A DNA stretch of 60,275 nucleotides, the filler included, from Circinaria calcarea (lineage: Eukaryota), in the NCBI GenBank assembly GCA_051942165.1. It is 8 parts of 8 records of this genome, joined end to end, with 100 filler letters (N's around TTAATTAATTAA, not from the genome) between each part and the next. Parts side by side here need not be neighbours in the genome. Positions count along the whole stretch, not along the records: positions 7,557 to 15,012 come from JAVECS010001323.1; positions 15,113 to 22,564 come from JAVECS010001324.1; positions 22,665 to 30,114 come from JAVECS010001325.1; 5 more parts are not named here. One strand, 5' to 3'. Below the pieces are notes generated by a model that did not search any database, was not told where the DNA came from, and was given only the letters and a program-made list of their open reading frames with translations. Both the position numbers and the translations under genes were made by a program. Shown here one piece after another: positions 13,854 through 25,600 of the stretch. The first letter of the stretch is position 1; the number at the start of each line of letters is the position of its first letter.

Positions 13854-15012
13854 ATGGCAGCAGTCAAGCCTTCCCGGGGCATTGTGGTCTTCTCCGGTGG
13901 TACTGCTGCCAACAGCCTTGTGGATGTCTTCAATGACATCTCACAGAAGCAGCAATGTCCCTTGAGCTACATTATTCCCATCAGTGACAACGGAGGCTCG
14001 TCTAGCGAATTGATCAGAGTGTTTGGTGGACCAGGGATTGGAGATATTAGAAGTATGTATCTATTCATGTCTCGGCTCTCGCATTTCTCGTAAAGATATC
14101 CAGGTACCGCTATGCTCTACATTTATATAACCTCCCTAGCCTAAATTCTATTACCCCGTCCGCGCCAAACTTCTCCTTCAACCACTTCTAACATCAAAAC
14201 TTCCCCTGAAAAGGTCGACTCATTCGCCTCATTCCCCCAACCCACACCTCGATCCTCAATCTCCTAAACCACCGCCTCCCACCCGATCCCACTTCCGCCC
14301 TCTCCGAATGGACCTCCATTGTCTCCAACCTCTCCCCCCTCTGGACCTCCATCCCTACCCCTCAACGCGAACTCCTCCGCTCCACCCTCCTCCACCTCCA
14401 CCATGAGATCCTCAAGCGTGCTCGTCCCCCCCACAACACCTTCAATTTCGCCTCCGCCTCCGTCGGTAACCTCTTCCTCACCGGGGCCCGCCTCTTTACC
14501 GGCAGCTTCGAATCCGCCATCTACCTCCTCAGCATCATGGGTGGTGTCAGCGAAAACGTCAAAGTCCTCCCCGTGGTCAACAGTATGTTTACGCACCACA
14601 TCTCCGCCGGGCTCGAAGACGGGACGTGCATCGTCGGCCAGAATGCCATTTCCCACCCCAGTGCCCCAACCGCTCTCGACTCCCCTTTGAACCCCAACAC
14701 TCTCCCCCAAGACGACGACCCTCCAATCGAGGACGCCAACCTCCCCGGCACTCACCCGGACCTGCGCCGCCCCAACATCTCCTTCTCCAAAACCCCCTCC
14801 GAGCAAGAAGACCTCCCCGCCCGCATCTCCCGGATCTGGTACATCAACCCCTACGGCCAAGAGATCCGGCCGAGCGCGAACCCCAAAGTCTGCGACGCCA
14901 TCCGCAACGCCGAGGCCGTCATCTACAGCATCGGCAGCTTATACACGTCCATCGTGCCCTGCTTGGTCCTCAAGGGCGTCGGCGAAGCCATCGCCGCGAC
15001 CAAGGACCTGCG
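13854..15012 (+). CDS. UPF0052 / CofD-YvcK-like protein (yeast YNL011C-like), 3' truncated
   Basis: 'VVFSGGTAANSL', 'ISDNGGSSSELIRVFGGPGIGDIRS|RL', 'ASVGNLFLTGARLF' and 'YSIGSLYTSIVP'. Intron 14053-14213. Confidence 0.87.
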
Positions 15013-15138
15013 NNNNNNNNNNNNNNNNNNNNNNNNNNNNNNNNNNNNNNNNNNNNTTAATTAATTAANNNNNNNNNNNNNNNNNNNNNNNNNNNNNNNN
15101 NNNNNNNNNNNNTGTCTTCATGGCTGAATTAATTGCAG

Positions 15139-15580
15139 ATATGGGATTTATTCGAGAACAGACACCTCTTCGACGGCCGCAATAAAACAAATAAAGAGTA
15201 CTCCAACCGGCAGCATCTTGCTGAGATGATAGCATATCTCGGGCCGCCACCAACGGAGTTCCTCCGTCGAAGCAAAGAATACTCCGAGTACTTTGATAAA
15301 GACGGTAAGCTGCCAACCCCTCTCGTGGCTAGCAGTTGATCACTGCAGAACCTTGACTCCCAAGAACCAACTAACAACATTCTCGCCAGGAAACTGGGAC
15401 GGTTTCATCGCCATACCCCAAAACCTGTCCTTGGAAGATTCCGAAGAGAATCTAAAAGGAAAGAACAAGGAGCTCTTTCTGCAGTTTATGAGGTCTATGT
15501 TACGGTGGGTGCCTGAAGAGAGGAAGACCGCCAAAGAGCTACTTGAAGATCCGTGGCTAAATACGCTGGTGGAAACGTGA
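15139..15580 (+). CDS. C-terminal exons of a CMGC/SRPK-like protein kinase (5' part missing)
   Basis: 'IWDLFENRHLFDG...HLAEMIAYLGPPP' and 'FLQFMRSMLRWVPEERKTAKELLEDPWL'. Intron 15305-15389. Confidence 0.85.
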
Positions 15581-16256
15581 TATGCAGAAGGAGGATCTAA
15601 AGGTACTTCCAATGCGTGCCCTAGTAGCTCTGCTCTGAAACCTTATTCGCCTGAAGGTACAGCATGTCGGATGGAGTTCGCCCTGGGGAAGTCTCAGATA
15701 ATACACCTCTTATGTCCCCTATGACACTCCAGCATATACTTCTGTACTAGAGTATATAAATCCGGTTAGACGATAGTGCTGATATTCTCCCATTTGCTTA
15801 ATGGGGTCGGTATCACCCCGCATGCCACAGTGTCAGCTTAAGGAATACTCCGTTCCACTTGTTGATACCCTAATCATACCTGGGTTCTCGAACTAACAGC
15901 AACCGCAACCATGGCTTAACGGAAAAATAAAGTCTAGTACTTGACTGGACGGCAGAAATTCAAGTACCAATGGCGAAGAGTATTCCGTTCAAAACTACAT
16001 TATTAGTATTATAACTCAGATAATGGTAGCACAGCCTTTCTGATGACGTGTAATACAGTTGAATAACTGGTTTATAGTAGCTACCTCACTACATTCTAGT
16101 TCAAAAAGATGCCGAGCAACAGACGCCATCGCAGAAATGGAGAATTTCTATACGGTCAACAATAGTAAGAAAAAGCCTCCAGTGCTCCGAAGAGACTAAT
16201 ACCACGTTCAAACATTCTGGTCTTTGTCACTGAGTTATCTGCTCACTCGGATAGAC

Positions 16257-17909
16257 CTAAGGTAACTCTTTCGATTTCAGGTAGTTACCTAGCCAGCCTC
16301 GGAGTCTCGTCGGAACATTATCGGCTCTTCTCAAAAGCCACAATCCATATATCACAAAGACAGCCAGAGTCAACAGTGAGGTGATGATCCAGAAAGTGCC
16401 GAAGTCACGGGCCGTGACGACACCTTGACTGCCGGAATCAAAGACGAAGAATGCACTTCCGTAGATACCCGCAACTGCTGTTACTGGTAGAAAGACCATC
16501 GTCATAATGGCAATGGCCTTCATTGCCTGGCCGTCTTGTCTCATTGCTCGGCTGTCTCGCTGGTTTACAGTATTGAAAGCCTGGTACGCCATGAGATTAC
16601 GATTTGAGAGAATGCAATGTGGTGTCAAGATTTCTTACAAGATTGATTAAATTTTGCGTTCGATCCTTCAAACTGTCGATTCTCAGTACGCAGCATTCGA
16701 GTAGAGTTCGTTTATGCAAAAGCAGACCATGGACGGCCCGCATTGATAGAGACGTAGGGTCCGACTGAAACTTCTCCATTAGCTCGCGATGCTGCTCACA
16801 GACCCGAGTTGCTGTTGCGACTGCGGCATTGGAGCTCTCCATGAGATATATGACATGTTTAGAGATGTTGTGTATGCCGACAAAATCGAAGTCATGCTTT
16901 TCATCTGCGGATCCTGCTATATCTAGTATATCCTAGCTTGGTAAGTTCAGGAGTTCAGTTTGTGGAGTCTAGGCTACAAACATTTTCAACTGCTTGCACT
17001 ACTCTTATCAAATTGTATATGGTCTCATCAATTTGTACGAACATGCTGTGGAGCACAATGACAAATAGACTCATAGGATCAGTCAGTGTTCCTTCCCACC
17101 CTGGTTGGAAAATAAGATCTTCGATGAATAGACCTTTCAAAATGGAAGAGGCACCAAATATTATCAATGATACCTCAGCCTCGCTTTGATTTTCACTAAG
17201 CTGTCTCCATTTGAGGAAATATCCAGAGCGTAGCCAAGTGTCATCGCCTTGACTATATCCTGCGCCTCTTGGATCCTTTATGAAGGGCCGATCCCCATCA
17301 CCATACACAAGTTGGATATTCTTGCATAAAAAGTGGAGCCAACAAACTTGATAGCAGTCAGTCATCTAAGGACAGTCCACACAGAGTTGTTTACCAAACC
17401 ATGTGTGTTGCCATTCTCGTAAAATCCAAAGGAGTGGGTCACTGAATGGCGGCGCTCTAAGATGAATTCGGCTGGGATCCCAAAATACTGGTAGAGCGCC
17501 CGGAGTAAAGGAATTCTTGTTTCGTGGAAGAGATCTAAAGGCGCGAATCTCGGAATAGATGCTCAGCCGTTCGCCAGGGTAAGCATGCAAGAAAAGTAAA
17601 GAGTTACATAATTCGCAATCTTGCCACCGGTCTTGCAAGCAGGTCCTGAACGCTCATTTTGAGCCTCGCGGGTTCCCTCAGATTGGATGCTGGAGTTGAG
17701 TGAACTTAATGTTGATTGAAACAAGCCTCCGGTCAGCCTTGCTGAGCGCCGCCAAGTCCCATTGGGTACATGAATGACGGAGCATACTTACCAGAACCCC
17801 ATTCCAAAGACTCGACGAGCATCAGTTGACTACCAACATCAGATGAAACTCCCGCGCTGGCAAAGACCGCCCTTGCTTTGGACTGGTAGTCATAAACGAA
17901 CGAGCCCAT
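16257..17909 (-). CDS. Fungal protein with a C-terminal CorA-like two-TM membrane domain, multi-exon
   Basis: The C-terminus 'AMRQDGQAMKAIAIMTMVFLPVTAVAGIYGSAFF...FWIITSLLTLAVF' is typical of fungal CorA-like proteins. The upstream exons can be joined with GT-AG introns from the ATG at 17909 (start inferred). Confidence 0.7.
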
Positions 17910-18537
17910 GATTTGGCGTCGTGTCCCCTACAGTCGCAGTTCGAGATAAATGATAAAGGAAGTAGCCTTTATTAATTGACGGTTTTTGATTAGAATGGCA
18001 TTCCTCGAACGTGCGCCAGATATTGGAGAGAAAAGGACATTATCATAAGTCATTGAGGGGTGCTGATCGAAGACAAGAACACCGAGCCTATCACTTCGCG
18101 ACACGAAGCCTTGCAGCGCATCATCAAGCTATGTACCAAAGCTTCAGAGCAGGCTTCGGATTAGGCATCGAACGAGGCTTCGGAAGGTAAACCAATCACT
18201 ATCACTGCATAGCCCGGCTGAGCCTATAAGATATGGTGTAAGTTCAAGCAAAGTTGAGACAGCCAGAGTGCCATAAACTAGAAGGTATTGTGATGTGGTG
18301 AAAACCTACTTAATTGAGGAGAAACCTGACGCTCGAAAGAACAAGCATTCGTTTCTCGGTTCACTGCATTCTTGCGTTAGTCTTGAAGTGGTTATTACAG
18401 TGCATTCTGAGATGATAGGCGCTTTCTCCTGAAAAATCGCCTATCGCTTTGAGGGATTTAACTCTCCCAGCCACCCGGCCGAAGCCTCGTTGATGCAATC
18501 AGCGGCGATTTTTCCACAGCCTCTATTGGCTTGAGCT

Positions 18538-18667
18538 TCGATCTGCCTAGAGTCTCGATCTGCCTAGGATCTCGATCTGCCTAGATCGATTTGCCTAGAG
18601 TCTCGATCTACCATAAGCGTCAATCTGCCTCGGTTAATTTACCTGGAGCCTAGAATCTCAATCTGCA
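18538..18667 (+). repeat. Degenerate tandem array of a ~17-bp unit (tctcgatctgcctagag), about 7 copies
   Basis: tcgatctgcctag occurs three times exactly, followed by decaying copies (tcgatttgcctag, tcgatctacc, tcaatctgcctcg, tcaatctgc). It lies just upstream of TATAAA at ~18710. Confidence 0.9.
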
Positions 18668-18881
18668 TGAAAGCCTGAAGTGACCTCCGTTCCAGGGTAC
18701 TCTCCTACTTTATAAAGACTCGCTGTCTCGGCTTGATTTCAATAACTGTGTGCGAGATCTGAGATAATTCGGTAAGTCCTATTTTTACTCGTATGCTTTT
18801 GCCATTCAATTTCAACTTCTCTGTTCGCCATACAGCGTGTAGTCGCGGAATTTCAGGGAAAGTTCGACTTGTTGGGAAACA

Positions 18882-21680
18882 ATGCAGGCATCAAATCCGC
18901 AGAATCTGCCAACACATGGGGGAAATTACGAGCCACCAGCAAAACCCGTCCTACCGGAATCTTCGTCACGTAAAGAAAATTACGAGCTGTTCTCACATGG
19001 GGGAAACTACGAGCCGCCGTCAACACCACACCAGTCCACTTCTACGTCGGGCAATTTACAGAATAAGGACGCGCGTGGCGATCCCAGCAACTCACGAACG
19101 GAGCAAACCGCTATGAGTAACGACTCAGGGGTATGGACGAAAACTTTCTATTCGGAATAGGACTGATTTGCAGTACAGGATGGCGGCTCCGTACATTCAG
19201 GGCAGGTTCAGTACCGTGCGCTCACCTCGAAGTCACGGCGTGGTAAAGTATCTGGTGAGGCACGTTCATCGAATACTTCTTCCCCGGTAATCTAAGTTCC
19301 TTCTCCAAGCGGATAAATTGAGATAAATATTCTAATTCGATATATAGCCAAAGTAACGGTGTAAAACCATATTATTAATAATTATTATCTTAAGCTAGCA
19401 ATAAATTTATTGATTTAATTTTCTTTGCAATTCAGCTTTATTAATGGATCGTGTTTAATAATGTTAATTTTAGGGCAAATATATTTCGTTAAATCGACCA
19501 AATTTATCTTCAATTATTAATTTGATGGAAAATAGTAGTAATAATGGTCTGGCCCTTTTATTAATTTTATGAATCATTAGCAACTAACTAAAGGTGAAAA
19601 TCAAACAGGAATCAGCGGAATTATATTATCACAGGTTATCGCAGTATCAGAGGTTGCTGCATGACGGTTCAGATAAGAAAGTCCATCGGGACGCGCTAAG
19701 AAGACCATTTCGTGGAGAAAAGAAACACGAGCAGACACTCAGGCCTTCGGACCGGCGGCTGGTAGACCTCGAGGTCCAATGCACACACACATACATCTAT
19801 AAGCCTTCCACCGTCTCTTGGATAAGAAAACCCGTTGTTAACACTAGTCCTCGCATAATTCGACTTGCGGAATGGGGTCGTGCAGATAGAAACATTGCTA
19901 GATGGCTACTGGCTTGTATAGCGCTCTTATTTACTGTAAGCGCTTACGCCGAGAGATAAGTGTAATTTCCAACAAAACTAACACTAAAACTACAGATGCT
20001 TATTCCTGCTAAACTGGTGGCCTCACCTCTCAATTATGGCAAATATGATGCATTTCCTTACAAGGACTGGGCGTACCCGTACGAGGTCAGAAATGCGAAA
20101 GAGAAAAAGGTTGGACTGGGTGAATCGCCTGGGGAGCGCTCTGTTATTACGACCAGTAAAAAGATGATCGAAAGGACAACCGAGCCTACAACCTTATGCT
20201 TTCTGAATGAGGATGGGGGCTCCAAGAGACAGGAGGTGTCCAAATGGAGAAAAGCCCAAGGTTATGCACCAGGTGTGAGCGTTCCATATGTATTTGTCTC
20301 GTTTACTGGGGTGCAATTTCCTGACCAGCCCAATCCTAATTTTCTGCATGAAGTTGGACGACACGCAGCTCGCGCGGAAAGCGTACCTGCGTATTGGGTT
20401 AGCACAAGCTGCCTCGGTGAAACCGAAGAAGAACGAAGCAACAATGTATGGCGTATTTGTGATATGGTCCGTAATGCTCATTCAGTTGTTGTGGCCATTG
20501 ATGGCCATGAGGAGAAAACGATAGAGGATCTCTTACAAGAATAGAGCGAGCGGCTATAGACTTTTCCTGAGCTCCTTTTGAGTCCCGAAGGCAAAGAAAT
20601 TTACGTCTACATAAAACGTGATGAGCTGGATGAGCGCATTTTCAAGACGAAGAGGGATTTCGTGATCCTGTGGAAGGATAATGCGCTGTCGGGACAGCTG
20701 ATCGATCACTACGAAGGCTCCGTCATCCTGACACGGTTGGAGCAAGCCACACTCGCTTTACAATGCCTCACCACTCGCGAATACGGAAAGTATTCTGAGG
20801 GCGACCAGTCTTACGCGCTAATGGGCCTGCTGCGTCAGCGGCCGGCTGTCGTCAAGAGCGACAACGCTTTCCAAGCTTTTGCACGCCTCTCCCTCGCGAA
20901 CGACAGCGATTTGCTCCTGGAGCGGCTCATCTGCCTGCTTCCTCGGAGCCAAACTGAGCCCTGGCACTCGTTCAGCGATGAGTGGGGCGCTTCGCTCTGG
21001 GACATCTACCCCAAGTCGCAAGTGTGTGGGATTGGTGACAACAACACGGTCATCATCGACGGCGTCCGGGGCGCTGCAATTCGCTGGAAGTCGTTCGCTC
21101 CCGTACTCATGCTCGTTCGCGAAACCTTGTTACGGCGGATTAGCCGTTTCACAATACGTCTTATACCACTTCAATTCTTCGCCGGCATTATTTCGTTGGC
21201 CTTGTATACTCGGTCAAAATATTTACTGGCTTTTGGAATTGTACTAACGGGTTCGGCCACGGTGCTCGTGCTGGCTCTCCCCGACCTTCTCCACGCAATC
21301 TACTGTGGTAAAACCTGGGAAGCTCAGCCGTGGTTCTTCGGTGTCGAGGGGTACATGAATCTCCCCGAACTCGAGCGCCACATCTTCGGCTTTCCGGGCG
21401 GACGCTTGAAATGGAGTGCCGCCGGGAGCACACTCTCCCGGCACCGTGCGGAAAGGGAGAAGGGGTTTGAGCATTTCTGCGAAGGGCAGGATCCTTCCGA
21501 GGACCCCAAAGTCAAGGAACTCATCGACCGAGCGCGAAAGTCGAATGACGGGGAGAAGATTTTCACCCTTGTGGACACGTACACGATCGCGAAACGGTAC
21601 TGAGAATGGAGACGATGGTTTTGGACCGGATGCAATACCTACCTAGGGTGCGGTTGGGATTGCACAGACCCCGTGTATAA
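18882..21680 (+). pseudogene. Disrupted gene of a conserved fungal membrane-protein family with a HET-like domain
   Basis: HET-like motifs 'VPAYWVSTSC', 'VWRICDMVRNA', 'LLQE*SERL*TFPELLLSP', 'DQSYALMGLL' and 'AFQAFARLSLAND'. In-frame TAG at 20542-20544 and 20557-20559. Frameshift near 21588; 'RETVLRMETMVLDRMQYLPRVRLGL' continues in another frame to TAA at 21680. Confidence 0.75.
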
Positions 21681-21921
21681 GAGGGGGTTACAGAAGCGGA
21701 AAAGGGACCTATTGAGCTCGTGGTTAAGCGAAAGATCGTGTTTACTGCATGCTTATTTACTTTTGCCGAATTTGCAGGTCCTTCCATATGCTGTTACTCA
21801 TGTTTTGCGACATATTCTGCCTTAACAGCTCCATAGAATCTATAGATCTCATGCACCTCCAGTCGCTATTACCTGGATATCATACCTATTTCAAATACTG
21901 TCTCTGTTAAGGAAAGCTCCA

Positions 21922-22194
21922 TTACCATTTATCAGTCCTAACCACCCTCTTCTCTTCTTTCAACCCCAATATTTGTCGACGGATCTGCTCGGCCTCTTCG
22001 CAGTTACCTGGGTTGCTCAATACGCCGGACAGATTATTCATGCCCATTAGCATAGTAGGATGCTCTTTGCCTAACACTCTTTCCATTGACGCCAACGCTT
22101 GTCGATGGATTTCCTCGGCCTTTTTATCATTGCCCAGGTTACTTAATACGTCGGCTCGATTATTAATACTAATCAGCGTAATAGGATATAACAA
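21922..22194 (-). pseudogene. Relic TPR repeats (kinesin-light-chain type, as in fungal NLR C-termini)
   Basis: 'NNRADVLSNLG..KKAEEIHRQALASMERVLGKEHPTMLMGMNNLSGVL...EEAEQIRRQIL'. Only about two degenerate repeats, no upstream NB-ARC/NACHT visible, AT-rich flank. Confidence 0.75.
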
Positions 22195-22664
22195 AATACG
22201 TCTGGTTACGTTGTGCCTAAATGTTGAAAGAGGGCATTAAATTGATTAAAGCTATCGATTACCTATGGGTTTCTAACAGTATGTAAGATAATCATGTTGG
22301 AATGTGGTGGAATGTGTGGGCATGCGTGCAGAGATTCTGCAGACCTGCGCATTCAATGCAGAGCATTCCCGGAGGTTTATTGAAATCCTTATTCACGTGT
22401 TTGCTGCTCCGCTTCAAAATGGGCAAGCTATAGAGTTGTGACTATTATAAATACTACTATAATTCCATAGTAATTCGATAGCTTCAACCCATTTGATTTC
22501 CCTTCCGAATACTTAGGCAAAACGTGATTATAGGTATTTTATTATTTTCTACGCAGTTTTTCATNNNNNNNNNNNNNNNNNNNNNNNNNNNNNNNNNNNN
22601 NNNNNNNNTTAATTAATTAANNNNNNNNNNNNNNNNNNNNNNNNNNNNNNNNNNNNNNNNNNNN

Positions 22665-25600
22665 TCACACTTTTGATCCTTCAGCGCATCAACTGCCAAA
22701 GACAAAGCCACAGTTCCACTGGCGCAATTAGTATTGAGGGTCACGTTTGGCCCCTGTAGGTTCAGGTGGTACGCTGTTCGAGCCGAGATGCAGGGGGCAA
22801 CAAAGCCACGGTTTGCCCTCTGAAAGGGATCTCCAAACACTGGCTCCGTCACTGTGTGGTATGAATTTGAGGCCGCACCAACAAAAACTCCGATATCATT
22901 CCTTTCCCTAATAAAGGGGTCAACATTGGCATCATCGAGTGCTTCGAGTGCCACTTCAAGAAACAGACGCTGCTGAGGGTCCATGTCTGTGGCCTCTTCC
23001 CGACCGAGCTTCCAGAACTTGTGATCAAAGTCTTCCATGTCCGAGAGAGTGCCTGCTTTCGGTACCCATAAGCATCCTTCTGGGGCTTTTGTCCCAGTAC
23101 CAGATCTCTCGGTAATTCCCACGTAGCCTTGGAGCAGACGTTGATAAAATAATTCGGGATCTCGGGCCCCAGGAAATCTTCCTGCAATCCCAACAATGGC
23201 AATTTCGCCTGACTCATGTATGGCAGTGTCCATATCCGAGTCTGAATCCGTCATTCCGCCATACGAGCTGGACTCCGAATGTTCCAAATGGGAAGAGTCC
23301 TCTTTATTCGAGGAATCCTCCACGGGGGGTTCCATGGCCTTTTCAACCTTAAAAGGCAACAAAAGTTTTGCTTGTCGCGCTACAGTGGATTGGTGGAACA
23401 GATCAATCATTCGCACGGAGCTCGACGGGAACAGCGTTGACATGGTGCTGTGCAGGCGCGGAATCAAGAAGCTATTTATCTCAATAAATCAACACCAGTA
23501 ATGTGTAGTTCTGGAACGTACCTGTGACCACCGATGTCGAAGAAGTTCACATCGTGACTAGGAGGCCTCTCCAAACCTAGAAGTTCCTGCCAGGCCCTAG
23601 CTAGAGATTCTCTCACTCGATCTTGGGTTTGGGGGACCGATTTTGTCAGCTCGATATTTCCAGGCTTCTTTTCGGTTACGGGCTTTGACGGCTTTTCGCT
23701 GTTACTGCCTTTAGGACTACTTTGGATCAACTTCTGGCGATCCGCCGTAATTTGGGAATGATCGACTTTGCCATTAGCGTTCGTTGGAAGGGAGCTGAGA
23801 TTGTAAATTTTTGATGGCTGTAAATATGTCGGAAGTCTGAGCTTCAGACTGTTAGTGAGGTCTGTGGTGAAGGGGCGAATTGGGGATGTAAAGGCAATCA
23901 ATGCACTGCCATCGCTAGACACTTGTGCAGACACCATTTTTAAGTGCGTATCCGCTTGAAGTATAGCTTCTTCGACCTCCTCTGGCGCAAGTCTATAACC
24001 TAGATTGGTTCAATCATCCAGTTATCTCGCATATAATAACTCATCGGAGATCGTACCTCTGATCTTAAGTTCGCGATCCAATCTTCCTTTTACGAAGAGA
24101 CGACCATCCGCCTGAACAAGGCCACGGTCTCCCGTTCTATACATGCGTACGCCAGTTTTTGGATGAATAGCAAATCTTTGCTCAGTCATGTCTGGCTTTG
24201 ATCGGTATCTAGATTAGGGTTAGAGAACCCAAAACTCTGCAGGTAAGTAGGATAAGCCTTACCCTCTTCCAACCTGGCTACCCGAGACGCAAATCTCGCC
24301 TTCATGGCCACTGAGTAATGTCTGTGTGAAGTTGAGATCGCAGATATGAATCTGCGTGCCTTGGCCTGGAACACCTACTGACACGCTTTGTGGTGCCGCT
24401 TCGTGTCTGGAGAGCTTTTGGTAGGACACAGCAATGCTAGAACATAGTTAGCCGCCAGTCTAGGGAATATGAGGCATAGCAGTTTTACTGACGCTGTCTC
24501 CGTAGGTCCATAGGCATTGACAAGATCGACCCGAGGTTGCCATCGCTGTATCAGGCTCAGTGAAACCGCTTCTCCGCCGATTGAGATTTGTCGGAGGGAC
24601 TCCAGATTCCGTGCCATCGGTAAGGTTGCTAAAGCCGAGGGCGTGATTTGCATAAAGGTGATTGAGTTTTGCTCAATCACGTCGGCAAGGTAATCACCCA
24701 CAAGTGCGTGCGGAAACGCAGCGAAACACAAACACGCGCCGGTGGAAAGAGCCGTCGCCCATTCTAGTATGGATGCATCAAAGGAGAAGGACGCAAATTG
24801 AAGGACACGGGAACCATAACCAACCCTGAATACTCTGTTACTATCTTCAACGAAGCTTGCAAAGTTTCTATGCTCTATCATCACCCCTTTAGGCTCCCCT
24901 ATGATATCGTGAGTGCTTGACCGGTAATCATCGCTTGCTGCTTCGGCAGACGTACCTGTGCTACCTGAAGTGAATATCATGTAGGCCAAGTCGTCTGGTC
25001 GAGTATCTGGAATTATCAATGCTTGTGGTTCGGGATCCATTCTACTTATTGGCAGGTGGTCAATAAGTCGTCCGGTGAAGTCATCAACCCAGGATTGATC
25101 ATGTTTCGTGTCATTCTCAGTGATAATAACTGCAGGGTCGGAAATCTTCATAACGGTCCTTTTACGGATATCCGAGAATTTTGGATCCAAGTAGACAAAT
25201 GCACCTCCAGCCTTATATGTAGCAACTATCCATTCAAGGATATGGAAACCTCGATGGAGATGAAGAAGCACAATATCCCCCTGGTTGACACCATTTGACC
25301 GCAGCACTGTTCAGTTCAGTATACTTTCAAACTTAGCAGGAGTAGAACCTTTACCCTGCGCGCGAGCTGTTGATGCCTTGTAAAGCTCATCGTAAGTCAT
25401 ACTTTCCCCTGATTCTGCAGAAAACAGGGCAACAGAGGTAGGATTGCTCTCAGCATGTAGTTGGAACCAATTGTGGAAGTAAAGCTTTGGAGCAGTGGCT
25501 TGATTAGCAGAGTCAGTGTGCTCACGGGCTGGTAGGGAAATGTATCGTGGCATGCCCGGAATCATAGACAGAGGAACGGGTTCGGTCAATCTACTAAGTC

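Noticed and set aside
18538..18667. CRISPR-like array
   Set aside because: Units are adjacent with no unique spacers, and the context is eukaryotic with no cas genes.
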